Counted from the first letter of the stretch, positions 6,670-17,353 are shown. The stretch: DNA of 37,021 nucleotides from Gemmatimonadota bacterium (GCA_040905425.1 JBBDRO010000025.1:1-37021); one strand, 5' to 3'. The notes: generated from the sequence alone by a model not told the origin. Translations and numbers: made by a program.

Positions 6670-9600
6670 ATGGCTCCCCGTGTCCCTGTCCTCACCATCA
6701 CGCTCGCGCTGGCCATGCTGTTTGTGGCGGGCCCCGGCGGCGCCCAGGAGACCGCCCCCCCGCGACCTGGCCCATGCCTTCGGCGTGGGCTGGCTCGTGC
6801 TGGACCGTGACGGCGACGCCGTGGTGGACGCACTGGCCGCGCGTGTCCTCCTGCCGCAGGCCGCCACGGAGGCGCATGCCGCCACGGCCGCCAACGTGGC
6901 GGCGCGGCTGGGCTTCGAGACGGCCGGGCTGGAGCCGGGGCTGGCCGACATCTTTGCTCCGGACGCCACCTATGCGGCGCCCGTGGTGCTGGTGGGGGTG
7001 GACGCCGTGCCGGGCGCGGCCGCCGCGCGCGCCGGCCTGGCTCCCGGGCAGGGCGCCGTGGCGTTGCTGCCGCCGGACGACGCACTGGGTGCCGGCGGAC
7101 TGCTGCTCGTGGGCCATGACGCCACGGGCCTGCTGGCGGTCGGCGAGTACGTAGCGGCGCGCCATCCCGCGGTGTGGGCGCCGGACGGCACGGCGTGGGA
7201 TGCGGTGGGCCGCAAGGTGGACGCGTTCCTGGCGGGCCGGAGCATCAGCGCCGATTCCGCGCGCCTGCAGCGCGTGGTGGTGGAGGCCGGCCGCGCCGGC
7301 CCGGTGAGCGCCACGCTGGTGGTGCGGCTGGGGGATCGGACGGCGCTCCGCGGGGCTGCGGCGGCGCTGGCGGGGCGGGACACCACGGCGGCGGATTCGG
7401 CGGCGGCCGACAGCGCCGCGGCGGATCCCGTAGCGGCGCCCGACACGGCGGCCGCCGACACCGCGGCCGCCGCCTCGCCCGCCGACAGCGGCGCCGCCCG
7501 GCCGCGGCCGCGCGGCCCGCTAGCCCTCTCCGAGCTGGAATTCACCGACCTGCACCGCCTGGACATCCGTCTCGAAGCCCCCGACTCCACCGCGCTCGTG
7601 CGCGTGCTGCCGCGCCGCCCCTGGCGGGCCCGCGCCGCACCGGAGGGCAACGCGGGCAGTGTCTCGCCCTTCACCCTCTCCCGCCTCTACAGCACGGACG
7701 GGCTGCTCCGGGACACGAATGGGGACGGGCTGCCGGATCGCATGGACGCGGTCTTCTTCGTGAGCGGGGGCGAGGCCGCCCCCCAACTGGCCGACCTGGC
7801 TGCCCGCCTGGGGCTGGAGAGCACCGGCATCCGCCTGCCGCTGGCGCGCGCCGCGGGCACGGAGGATCGTCCGGAAGCGGCGGGCGTTCCGATTGCCTTC
7901 GGGATCGACGGCTACCAGGCACAGCGCCTGCGCGAGAAAGGCCGCCTGCACATGCCCGCACCCGGCGCCGGCCAGGGCTTCCTGGAGCTGGTGCCGCGCG
8001 CCTTCGGTGGCGGTACCGGACTCGTGATCGGCGCGGCGGACGCGCGTGGACTCGAGGCGGTGACGGGCGTCGTGGCTTCCCGCATGCCGTATCTGTGGAC
8101 GTACGGCAAGGGGGAGTACGAGCTGGCGGACGTGGAGACGGAGGTACGGCGCTTCTTCCAAGCGGTGGAGGCGCCGGGGCAGGTTGCGCTCGGCGTCTTC
8201 AAGCTGCGCCAGTGGCTGGCGCGCCTGGGGGATGCCCCGGTGGAGGCGCTGGCCGTGGAGCTGGCGGCCGAGGAGGCGCCGGCTGGGCTGGAGGCCCACT
8301 TGAGCGCGCTGCTGGCGGCGCACTACCCGGAGGCGGAGACCGAAGTCACCACGTTCACCACGGGCTTCGGCGTGGGTCAGGAGATCTTCACCCAGGAGCT
8401 GGCCATCCCCTGGGAGGTGGACACGGCGCGGGCGCTGCTCTCCAGCCAGGTCTACCCGGCCGTGCGCGCGGGGCAGGGTGGGCGCGTCGAGCTGCGCGTG
8501 AGCGAGCCGCCCGAGTTGCGCGCCCGCCTGGTGGCGGAGATCCGTGATTCGCTGCGTGCGCGCGGCGCCGATCCGGCCGCCTGGGACGTGGACGTGCTGA
8601 GCGCCTACAAGCAGGGCTACTCGTGGCTGGTGGATGACGTGCTGCCGGAGCTGCGTGAGCTGCCCGTGGACAGCATGGCCATCACCTATCACACGCTGGA
8701 GGAGTCGGAGGAGGTGCGCTGGCAGACCATCGCGGCGGACACGCGGTGGCTGCAGGAGCTCTATCCCGTGGACGCCGTGCTGGCGCGTGAGCTGGCAATT
8801 TCAGACTCGGTGATCACCTTCACGCCCACCCGCGCACCGGATCCCATCTACCGCGTGCGGGCGTTCGACGCGGCGGGTCGGGAGCTGCTGGAGCGCACCT
8901 TCACGCCGCGCTATGTGGTGCGTCCCTTCTTCGACCTCTTTCCCGAATACGAGCAGATCCGCGTCACGACCGGCTGGCTCACCGCCGAGAGTGGCGGGCA
9001 GACGCTGGTGGACCGCCGCATCCGCACCGATCCCGAGGCTTTCTGGGACCTCCTGCAGACGGACATCTACGGGCGTATCGTGGACTACGTGGTGGACGTG
9101 CAGGATGGCAGGCCCTCCGGACGAAACGCGCCCTACTTCGACGAGTTCCGGGTGGACCTCACCCTCTCCGAGCCGAACTACCGCATCGGCGTGGACGAGG
9201 AGGTGATCTCCAGCCTGGAGGCGCTGCACGAGGACATCTACTTCGAGACGCTCACGCTCTTCGACCTCATCGGCAACCGCTACGGCGTGGGCGGGCTGAG
9301 CTACCCCGGCCGCATCCTGCCCTGGATCCACGAGGGGACCGGCGCACCGGGCACGGCGCGCATTGCCTTCACGGGGAAGGAGCGCGCCGCCCCGGAGCTG
9401 GTGCTGCGCGCGACCGTGGCGGGGCAGGAGCCGACGGTGCGCCGCTACGGCCTCTCCTCCCCCGGTACGGAGACGCCGCAGCTGCGCGGTCTCTCGGCAC
9501 GCGCCGGTGAGGCGGGCATCGGCAGCCTCCTCTTCGAGGTGGAGGCGGTGGATTCCCTGGACCGCTACGAGGAGTACCGCCTACGCAGCTCGGAGGCGGG

Positions 9601-10975
9601 CGTGGATCGTACCTTCCTGTCGGTGGAGATGCTGGCCGGCATGGTGGAGGCGCTCGGCGCGCTGCACGCGGACGGGGTCCTGGAGCAGCGCCTCTCCTTC
9701 GACCGGGTAGGCGAGCTCCGCTTCCGCTTCATCCTGGAAGACACGGCTTCGGACTTCACCCGCACGAGCGTGCTGCCGCGCAGCCGCAATCCGCTGAGCA
9801 CTGCGGCGCGCCGCCTCTACGCCGGGGACTGGCGCCACACGGGTGAGCGCCTCGTGCAGTGGGAGACGCCCATTCCGCCCGCCGAGAGCGATTCCATCCT
9901 GGCGCGCCTGGCCACCTTCCCCGGCGTCCGCGTCTACCAGGTGGCGGAGTCCTTCCTGGGGCAGCCAGTATGGGCCGCGGACTTCCACGCGGCCGAGATG
10001 CCGACCTACGTGAGCGAGCTGAAGCTCACGGCGCAGAAGCCCACGCTCTTCCTCTCCGGCCGGCAGCACGCCAACGAGGTGTCGAGCACCAGCCATCTGC
10101 TGCGCCTGGGTGAGCTGCTGGCCACCGACTCCGCCTACCGGGCGCTGCTGCGCGATGTGAATGTGGTGCTCCATCCCATCACCAATCCGGACGGCGCGCG
10201 GCTGGCCTACGAGATGCAACTCGACAACCCGGACTTCATGCTGCATGCGGGCTACCTGGGCGCACTCGGCGTGGACGCCACCTCCGGCTCGGGCGGCAGC
10301 GATCCGCTCTATCCCGAGTCGCACGCCCGCCCGCGCATCTCGGGGACGTGGCTGCCGGACATCTACATCAACATGCACGGCTACCCCAGCCACGAATGGG
10401 TGCAGTACTTTGCCGGCTACAGCGCCTGGGTGCGCTCCCGCGCGGGCGGGCAGCGGGACTGGTGGCTGCCGCGCGGTTGGTTCATTCCCGGCTTCTCCTG
10501 GGTGGACGACGAGCGCTACCCGGAGATCAAGGAGGCGCAGTACGCCGTACTGGACTCGATCGCGGCGGCCATCACCGGGGATCCCGAAATCGAGGCCATG
10601 AACCAGCGTATGTACGTGCGCTACCGGAAGTACGGCGAACAGGACCGGGAGGGTTTCCGGGAAAACTTCCGCAATGGCCTGCTGGTCTACGAATCGCTGC
10701 GGGGGCGGCGCGTGTCCGGCTCTGGCGCGTCGAGCCCGCGCGTGACCTGGTTCAGCGTCACCACCGAGGCGCCCGACGAGACGGCGCGGGGGGACTGGCT
10801 GGAGCTGGTGGCGCGGGCCGGGCTGGCCCATTCGAGCGCGCTGCTCCGGTACCTTGCGGCGGGGGAGGTCGAGGTGGATCGGGAGGCGGCAGCGGTGCCG
10901 GGTGGCGTGGTGCGGACCGTTGGCCGCGAGCGGCCCGTGCTGCCACCGGAGCCACCGGACAACGGCGGTTCGTAA
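6670..10975 (+). CDS. Large secreted M14 zinc carboxypeptidase-family protein, about 1430 aa, apparently frameshifted at C7 run 6755-6761
   Basis: GGAGG RBS and signal peptide from ATG 6670 in one frame, body in the +1 frame; C-terminal GRQHANE, NPDG, NMHGY zinc motifs. Confidence 0.85.
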
Positions 10976-11199
10976 GCGACGTCCCCCGTACGCTCACCGG
11001 GCGCCGCCTCCCCGAAGGCCGACCTGTCCACGTGGCCTCTGCTGCTGGTGGGCGGCGCCTTCCTGGCGGAGCCTCGTCGGTGGGCATGACGCGTACTGCC
11101 ACTCGTGCAATCCTGTCACGTTCTGCCATGGCACCGCCCACCTATGCACGGCAGACTTCGATGGGGACATGATTCGCCCCGCATGCCCTCTTCCGGAGA

Positions 11200-12210
11200 G
11201 TGGCCGTGAGCTGGGAGGAACAGGATGCACGCGACCGCGCGCTGGCCCTCGTGCACAGGAGACTGAGGGCCCGAGGCGTCCTCATGCCGCTGGTGCGCGG
11301 CAAGGTAGAGGAGCGGCGCTGGATGGACTGCAACCTCGCGTCCTATGCCGAGAATCGGCTCGGCCAGGTGGCGGATCCGCTCCGCCTGGACGAGCAGACG
11401 CGGACGCGCTGGACGGCCACGGTGCTGGAAGGGCGTCTGCCCCGGCCCCGTGAACACAGGTTCATTTCCTGCTACTGGATCATGCGTGGCGGCGAGGTGG
11501 CCGGTACGCTGGCTCTCGCGCGCACCTGCCTGGGACCCTGCGTAAATGCGTACAGCGTATACGTGCGGCCGTCCTGCCGGGGCGGCGGAATCATGGCGGC
11601 CACCCTCCGGACCGTCCGCCAGGAACTCGAGGCCCACGGGATCGGCCTGGCGTTCGAAGTGAACTGGACGTGGAATGCCGCGGTCCGATACTACCTCCGC
11701 AACGGCTTCTGGCTGCGGTCGTGGAAACACGCTCTCAACTTCGTCTGGATCCCCGGCACACCGCCTCCCCGGATCATGGTGGGCGCCCGCGAGGCTTCCC
11801 TTGCGATGGAGCAGGAGGGCGGAACTACCGTCCTGGCCCGCGCACGGCGAGGCGGGGGAAGGCTGCTCCGCTTCGCGCGGCCAGCCGGTTTGCTGGGCGC
11901 GAACCAGGCGCTGGACCTGCGGGCGCCTACCACCCTGGCCCTGGCACTGGCCCTGGCAGGTTGGCCCCTTGTCCGGTCCCGGAGACACGCGCAGCGATGG
12001 GGATACTGCGACCTCGTTCACCCTGAGGCGCTTGCGGACAGAATCCAGGCCTGGGAGGCCTGGACGGCCGCGCAGGGTTGGCGCGTGGAGACGCCCCGCA
12101 TCCCTGGATTGGCGTATCCCACGTGGGCAGAGCTGCGTCATAGCTCCGGCGCTGACCTCAGAAACCCGGCCCCACCCCCACTTCGAAGCGCAGCCGCCCC
12201 CGGTCGTTGA
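11200..12210 (+). CDS. GNAT-family N-acetyltransferase
   Basis: Motif A VYVRPSCRGGGI, motif B NAAVRYYLRNGF; start uncertain (11200, 11206, or 11161 via an in-frame TGA); 53-nt convergent overlap with the patatin gene. Confidence 0.7.
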   Translation: MAVSWEEQDARDRALALVHRRLRARGVLMPLVRGKVEERRWMDCNLASYAENRLGQVADPLRLDEQTRTRWTATVLEGRLPRPREHRFISCYWIMRGGEVAGTLALARTCLGPCVNAYSVYVRPSCRGGGIMAATLRTVRQELEAHGIGLAFEVNWTWNAAVRYYLRNGFWLRSWKHALNFVWIPGTPPPRIMVGAREASLAMEQEGGTTVLARARRGGGRLLRFARPAGLLGANQALDLRAPTTLALALALAGWPLVRSRRHAQRWGYCDLVHPEALADRIQAWEAWTAAQGWRVETPRIPGLAYPTWAELRHSSGADLRNPAPPPLRSAAAPGR

Positions 12211-14218
12211 GGGCCACCCCCGCCGCCAGCGGCCCCAGCGGCGTGGCGTGGAAGAGGCCCAGGTGCACGCCGGCGCGGCCGCACGCCCGGAGGCCGCAGC
12301 TCCCCAGGCGGGCGCTGCCCGCCCGTGCCCGGAGGCGGGCCCAGCCGATGCGGCCGAGGGAGCGGGCCACGTCGGCGCCGATCACCGCCAGCGCCTTGCC
12401 CTGCGCCTCGTCCCATTCCAGGCCCGGGACGCGCCGGTCCGCGCCCAGTGACGGGCGGACGTCGTGGGGCACCTGGCCGCCCGCCAACGCCCCCTCCGCC
12501 ACCAGCGCCGCCCGCCAGGCATCACGCCCGGTGGGGAGCGGCCACGTCACCCTGGCCTCCGCCACCCGGTAGGGCACCTCGCCGCCGCGGACGTCCGCCG
12601 CCACGCTCCAGCCGGTGGCCACGGGGACGGTGAGGTGGGGGAGGGTGCCCGCCCGGAAGAGGACGCCGGCCGCGAGCCCGTCCGCACCCTCCTCCGCCTC
12701 TACGTCCTCCACCGGCGCTGACAGCGCGGTGTGGAGGCCCGCTCCCGGCCAGAACGCCTCCACCCCCAGCCAGCCGCCGACGCGTCGCACGAAGCGCTCG
12801 CCACCGTCCGCACCCGCCCGGCGCACGCGGCTCTCGCCCCCGGCCAGGCCGCCGTGCACCGCCAGCGGCAGGCGCGTGAAGGGGTGCACGCGCAGCTCGG
12901 CGCTCCCCCGCCGATCCCGCTCGCCCGTCTCCACGAACAGGGCCCCCTCGGCGGGCACGCTGCCCAGCCAGGCGTGGCGCACGGCGCCCCACGCGCGCAC
13001 GCCCAGGTCGTGGTCGTACGCGGCGGCGGCTGCGGCGATGGTGGCCGGGGCGGGCTGCAGGCGGAGGATCAGCGCCACATTGTCCCCGGCCACTGGCTCC
13101 ACGGAGGGCCATACGCCGTCCACCAGCCCGGTAGCGTAGAGTCGATCCACGCCGCGCAGGACCTCCGCCGGATCCAGCGGGCCGTCGAGGACCGGCGCCA
13201 TGGCCGTGCGCGCCAACCGGGCCAGCCCGGCGGGTGCCCCCGCGATGCGCAGGTTGGTCACGCTCGACGGCAGGGGTCCGGGCGGTCGCGGGGTCACGGC
13301 ATCCGGCCGCACCCCGGCCAGCGCGTTGAGCGTAGCCTCACGCCCGATGGTGATGAGCTCGGTGGGGTCCTCCGGGAAGACCGCCGCCGAGGTTCCGGAT
13401 GGGAGGGCGGGCTGGACCAGCAGGTCCGCCTCGAGGGCGGGATGGCGCGCCCGCACCTGGAAGAGCTGGATGGCCTGCTGCGCCACGTCCAGCGCGCCCA
13501 CCGGCAGGGAGTCGGCAAAGGGCAGCGTGACGTCCACGGCCACCACCCGCTCCCCCAGCTCCCGGGCGGTGGCCACGGGGAGATAGTCGGCCAGCCCTCC
13601 GTCCAGGAGGGGCTCGCCGTCCCAGTCCACCGGTGCGAAGAAGCCGGGCACCGCCATGCTGGCCCGTACCGCCAGCGCCAGGTCCCCGCCGGACAGGACC
13701 ACCAGTTCCGCGTCCCGCAGACGCGCCGCTACCGCGCGGAAGCGGCGTGGGAGGCGGTCGAAATCCCCATGTGCGCGGGCGGCCGGCTCGAAGAGGAAGC
13801 GCACCAGCGTCCGGTTGATACGCCAGTCGGGGACGAGCCCGGCGCCCGGGTCGTCGGCCCCCCACCCGCGCACCGCCACACGCACCAGCGGGATCCGGGG
13901 GCGCCGCGCCGGCCCCGCCATCACGGGGCGCTCGGCAAAGGCCCCCACCCAGTCCTCCGCCATCACCAAGCGCCGCACCTCCTGGCCATCATAGCCGGCG
14001 GCGTAGAGGGCGCCCACCACTGCCCCCATGCTCGTCCCCACCACGGCCGCCGGGCTGTGCCCCAGGGAGTCGAGCGCCAGGAGGGCACCCACGTGGGCCA
14101 GTCCCCGCGCGCCCCCTCCGGAGAGCACCAGGACGTCCTGGCCGGCCAGCGGCCCGGCGCACAGGAGTAGCGCCAGGATGGTGGCTGGCCCACGGGGGCG
14201 GCTGAGGGACCGTCGCAT
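12158..14218 (-). CDS. Patatin-like phospholipase fused to a probable outer-membrane beta-barrel (PlpD-like architecture)
   Basis: Signal peptide; GGGARG, GTSMG, DGG motifs; C-terminal amphipathic strands ending RFEVGVGPGF. Confidence 0.85.
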   Translation of the reverse strand: MRRSLSRPRGPATILALLLCAGPLAGQDVLVLSGGGARGLAHVGALLALDSLGHSPAAVVGTSMGAVVGALYAAGYDGQEVRRLVMAEDWVGAFAERPVMAGPARRPRIPLVRVAVRGWGADDPGAGLVPDWRINRTLVRFLFEPAARAHGDFDRLPRRFRAVAARLRDAELVVLSGGDLALAVRASMAVPGFFAPVDWDGEPLLDGGLADYLPVATARELGERVVAVDVTLPFADSLPVGALDVAQQAIQLFQVRARHPALEADLLVQPALPSGTSAAVFPEDPTELITIGREATLNALAGVRPDAVTPRPPGPLPSSVTNLRIAGAPAGLARLARTAMAPVLDGPLDPAEVLRGVDRLYATGLVDGVWPSVEPVAGDNVALILRLQPAPATIAAAAAAYDHDLGVRAWGAVRHAWLGSVPAEGALFVETGERDRRGSAELRVHPFTRLPLAVHGGLAGGESRVRRAGADGGERFVRRVGGWLGVEAFWPGAGLHTALSAPVEDVEAEEGADGLAAGVLFRAGTLPHLTVPVATGWSVAADVRGGEVPYRVAEARVTWPLPTGRDAWRAALVAEGALAGGQVPHDVRPSLGADRRVPGLEWDEAQGKALAVIGADVARSLGRIGWARLRARAGSARLGSCGLRACGRAGVHLGLFHATPLGPLAAGVALNDRGRLRFEVGVGPGF

Positions 14219-14340
14219 GGAAGGAAAGAGAGGTGCGCCAGGCTGGCGCGCAAGGCGCCGGGCGTCCGGGAGGGGCGCTAGCGCGGTCCTTGCTTGTACC
14301 GGCGCGCGGATAGCCCGACACGTCAGGCGGGGAGCCAGCA

Positions 14341-16203
14341 ATGCCCACCACCGAACTGGACACGGAGGCCCTCACGGCGCTCGCGGAGCGCTACGCGGCG
14401 GGTGAGCGCGCCGTCGGGCGTCTGCCCGGTGGCGGGGTGGCCCGGCTCGAACCGGAGGTGCCCTTCCTCTTCGTCTACCGCCAGCCGGGCCAGGAGGACC
14501 AGGGCACGGCGCGGCTGCTGGGCGGTGAGGCCTCCGTGCTGCTGGCCGGCCCGGAGAGCGCGGAGGCCGAGCGGCTGATCGGCCGGGTGGCGGCGGCCGG
14601 GGCCCGCCGCTTCGGTGCCTTCCTGGTGCTGGAGCTGTGGGCCGGACGCAGCCGTGAGCGCTTTCTGGTGCGGGCGCCCGAAAAGGAGGGCTCCTCCACG
14701 GCCACGGCACTCCAGGCCGCGCTGCGGGATGGCTTTCCCGATCAGGAGGTGCTGCTGGAACGGGGTGAGGAGCGGGCCCCGGCGGGGCGCGAGCCGCTGC
14801 TCACCATCCGAGAATTGCACGAGCAGGGCACGCTCCTGCTGGGGCTCGCGGTTCCGCCCACGTACCGCTCCGCGGACGGTGAGGAGACCTACCCCGTGTA
14901 CCTGCGTGTGGTACGGGACCGGCTCTCCGCCGCACTGCGCCGCGCCGCCTTCGACTTCGTCCGGGTGCAGGCCGCCGCTGACGTGGCCAGCTACCGGGCG
15001 CTCGGTCCGCGCGTGCTCGACCAGGAAGCGGTGGCCGCCGACCGGGAGCTGGCGGAAATCGAAAAGGAGTTCAGCTTGCTCCTGCTGGTCTCCCCCGTGG
15101 ATCAGGACGAGGCCCGGGAGCGTTTCCAGGTCAGCGGCTGCGAACGGAACCCCGACTTCCATTACCGGCTGCTCCCCTTCGATCCGGACCTGCTCAAGCG
15201 GCGTCTCTTCGCCGTGCCGCTGGAGCGGGTGGAGGACCCCGCGTTGTCCTTTCTCCTGCGCGACAAGCGGGAGGAGCTGGATCGCCAGATCTCGCTCCTG
15301 GCGGAGCGCAACACACCGGCGTTCCGCCCCGGCAGCATCCGCCTCTACGGCACCGTGGATGATGACCTCGTGGCGCGGGCGGAAGATCTGCTCGCCGCCA
15401 TCGTGGGAACGGGCGACGACACGGGCACCGCGGGCGCCACGGAGGCGGCGGGTGGGGGCGGGCGGTATGTGGATGCCCACGCCTTCGCCGCCCGGGCACG
15501 GGAGGAGTTCGAGTATTATCGGAAGGCTTCCAGCGCCTTCGAGTCGAGCGTGCAGGTGCGTCCCGATCTGGTGGGGCTCATGGTCTCGGCGGGTAAGCTC
15601 CTCGTGGGTGACCGCCTGAGCCTCTCCGCCGACCGGGTGGACCCGCTCATCCACCACGAGGTGGGCACCCACGTACTGACGTGGTGCAACGGCGCCGCCC
15701 AGCCGCTTGCGCAGCTGCGTACGGGGCTGGCGGATTACGACGAACTGCAGGAGGGGCTGGGCGTCTTCGCCGAATACCTGGTGGGAGGTCTAAGCCGGGC
15801 GCGTATGCGGGTGCTCGGCGCGCGCGTGCTGGCGGCGGCCGCGGTGCAGTCAGGGGCCAGCTTCGTGGAGACCTACCGGCTCCTCCATCGCGAGCACGAC
15901 TTCTCCGCCAGCGGGGCCTTCGGCATCGCCGCCCGGGTACACGCGTGCGGCGGCTTCACGCGGGACGCGGTCTACCTGCGTGGCCTGGTCTCGCTGCTGA
16001 AGTATCTGGAGGAGGGCGGCGAGCTGGAGCCGCTCTACGTGGGCAAGCTGGCGCTCCGCCATGTGCCGGTGCTGGCCGAACTCACGGAGCGTGGCATCCT
16101 GTCCGCCCCGCCCATTCGCCCCCGCTTCCTGGATTTCCCCGACGCCGCCGAGCGCCTGCAAGCGGCGCGCGGTGGTCCGTCCCTGTCTTCTCTGATCTCT
16201 TGA
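14341..16203 (+). CDS. DUF1704 / QEGLA-motif (MATCAP-like) zinc metallopeptidase
   Basis: HHEVGTH (HExxxH), QEGLG, GGFTRDAVYLRG, YVGK. Confidence 0.88.
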   Translation: MPTTELDTEALTALAERYAAGERAVGRLPGGGVARLEPEVPFLFVYRQPGQEDQGTARLLGGEASVLLAGPESAEAERLIGRVAAAGARRFGAFLVLELWAGRSRERFLVRAPEKEGSSTATALQAALRDGFPDQEVLLERGEERAPAGREPLLTIRELHEQGTLLLGLAVPPTYRSADGEETYPVYLRVVRDRLSAALRRAAFDFVRVQAAADVASYRALGPRVLDQEAVAADRELAEIEKEFSLLLLVSPVDQDEARERFQVSGCERNPDFHYRLLPFDPDLLKRRLFAVPLERVEDPALSFLLRDKREELDRQISLLAERNTPAFRPGSIRLYGTVDDDLVARAEDLLAAIVGTGDDTGTAGATEAAGGGGRYVDAHAFAARAREEFEYYRKASSAFESSVQVRPDLVGLMVSAGKLLVGDRLSLSADRVDPLIHHEVGTHVLTWCNGAAQPLAQLRTGLADYDELQEGLGVFAEYLVGGLSRARMRVLGARVLAAAAVQSGASFVETYRLLHREHDFSASGAFGIAARVHACGGFTRDAVYLRGLVSLLKYLEEGGELEPLYVGKLALRHVPVLAELTERGILSAPPIRPRFLDFPDAAERLQAARGGPSLSSLIS

Positions 16204-16210
16204 GGCCGCG

Positions 16211-17257
16211 TTGCGCATAACATTCGTCGTAAACGACGTGGATACCGAGCACCCCAGGGCCGCCACCACGGTGATGGCGCTGGCGGCGGATCGTGCCGGC
16301 CACCGCGTGCACATGATCGGCGTGCGGGAACTGACCTGCTTCCCGGACGGGCATGTGGGTGGCGTGGCGCGCGCGGCGCCGGGCGGCGGCAAGCGCACCG
16401 GGCGTACGTTCCTGAAGACAGTGCAGGGTCCGGACGCCCCGCGTGAGCCCATCACCACGGCCGATCTGGACGTGCTCTGGCTGCGCTACAACCCCTCGGA
16501 GGAAGTGGGCGACAACGCCTGGGCGCAGGACGCGGGCATCCTCTTCGGCCAGGTGGCCATGCGGCAGGGTGTCCTGGTGCTGAACCACCCCTTCAGCATC
16601 CACCACTCCATGAACAAGCTGAACCTCATGCACCTGCCGGAGGACGCCCGTCCGCGCATGCTGGTGACGCGGCAGATCGAGGAGGTGCGCCGCTTCCACG
16701 GGGAAAACGGCGGCCGCATCGTACTGAAGCCGCTCATGGGCTACGGCGGCGCGGACGTCTTCCTGGTGGAGGAGGACGCCGCCAACCTGGTGCAGCTGAT
16801 GGAGACGCTCGGCCGCGACGGCTACGTGGTGGTGCAGTCCTACCTGCCGGACGCCAGTGAGGGGGACGTGCGTCTCTTCCTGGTCAACGGTCGGCCGCTG
16901 GAGATCGACGGCCGCTACGCCGCCGTGCACCGCAAGGGCGCCGAGGGGGATTTCCGCAGCAATATCAGCGCTGGGGGGAAAGTGTCCCGCGCCGACGTGG
17001 ACGAGCGCTGCCTGCGTCTGGCGGAGCTCGTGCGCCCCCGCATGGTGAGTGACGGCCTCTTCTTCGTGGGCCTGGATATCGTGGGGGACCGGCTGGTGGA
17101 GGTGAACGCCATCAGCGCGGGCGGGCTCAATGCCGCGGACGTCCTGGAGGAGCGGGACTTCTCGGGCGCCGTGATCGAGGCCGTGGCCCGCAAGGTGCGC
17201 TACCGGGAGCGTTACGGCATGAGCATCCCGAATCGGGTGCTCGCCACCATGGAATAG
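16211..17257 (+). CDS. Glutathione synthase (GshB)-like ATP-grasp ligase
   Basis: LDVLWLRYNP, VLNHP, VLKPLMGYGG, QSYLP, GDVRLF, DFRSNISAGG, GLDIVGDRLVEVN; TTG start 7 nt after upstream stop. Confidence 0.85.
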   Translation: MRITFVVNDVDTEHPRAATTVMALAADRAGHRVHMIGVRELTCFPDGHVGGVARAAPGGGKRTGRTFLKTVQGPDAPREPITTADLDVLWLRYNPSEEVGDNAWAQDAGILFGQVAMRQGVLVLNHPFSIHHSMNKLNLMHLPEDARPRMLVTRQIEEVRRFHGENGGRIVLKPLMGYGGADVFLVEEDAANLVQLMETLGRDGYVVVQSYLPDASEGDVRLFLVNGRPLEIDGRYAAVHRKGAEGDFRSNISAGGKVSRADVDERCLRLAELVRPRMVSDGLFFVGLDIVGDRLVEVNAISAGGLNAADVLEERDFSGAVIEAVARKVRYRERYGMSIPNRVLATME

Positions 17258-17300
17258 GCCTCGCGCGGTCGCCGGCAGGGGGGCGCCCGCTGAGCGGGAC

Positions 17301-17353
17301 CCGCGCCCGCCGGGCGTGATCCGCGCCGGCCGGGCGTGATCCGCGCCGGCCGG
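17301..17353. repeat. 20-bp tandem repeat (CCGCGCCSGCCGGGCGTGAT, about 2.6 copies) between convergent genes
   Basis: Copies at 17301-17320, 17321-17340, partial 17341-17353. Confidence 0.85.

Noticed and set aside
10854..11453. Cys-rich ORF containing CHSC...FCH as a cytochrome or RiPP precursor
   Set aside because: No CxxCH, no clear start or RBS, and it overlaps two better genes
14279..14294. TAGCGCGGTCCTTGCT as sigma54 promoter for the DUF1704 gene
   Set aside because: Good -12 and spacing but lacks the near-invariant GG; too weak to call
16211..17257. Assigning the symbol gshB
   Set aside because: Family match only; the context suggests a paralogue and gshA is not visible
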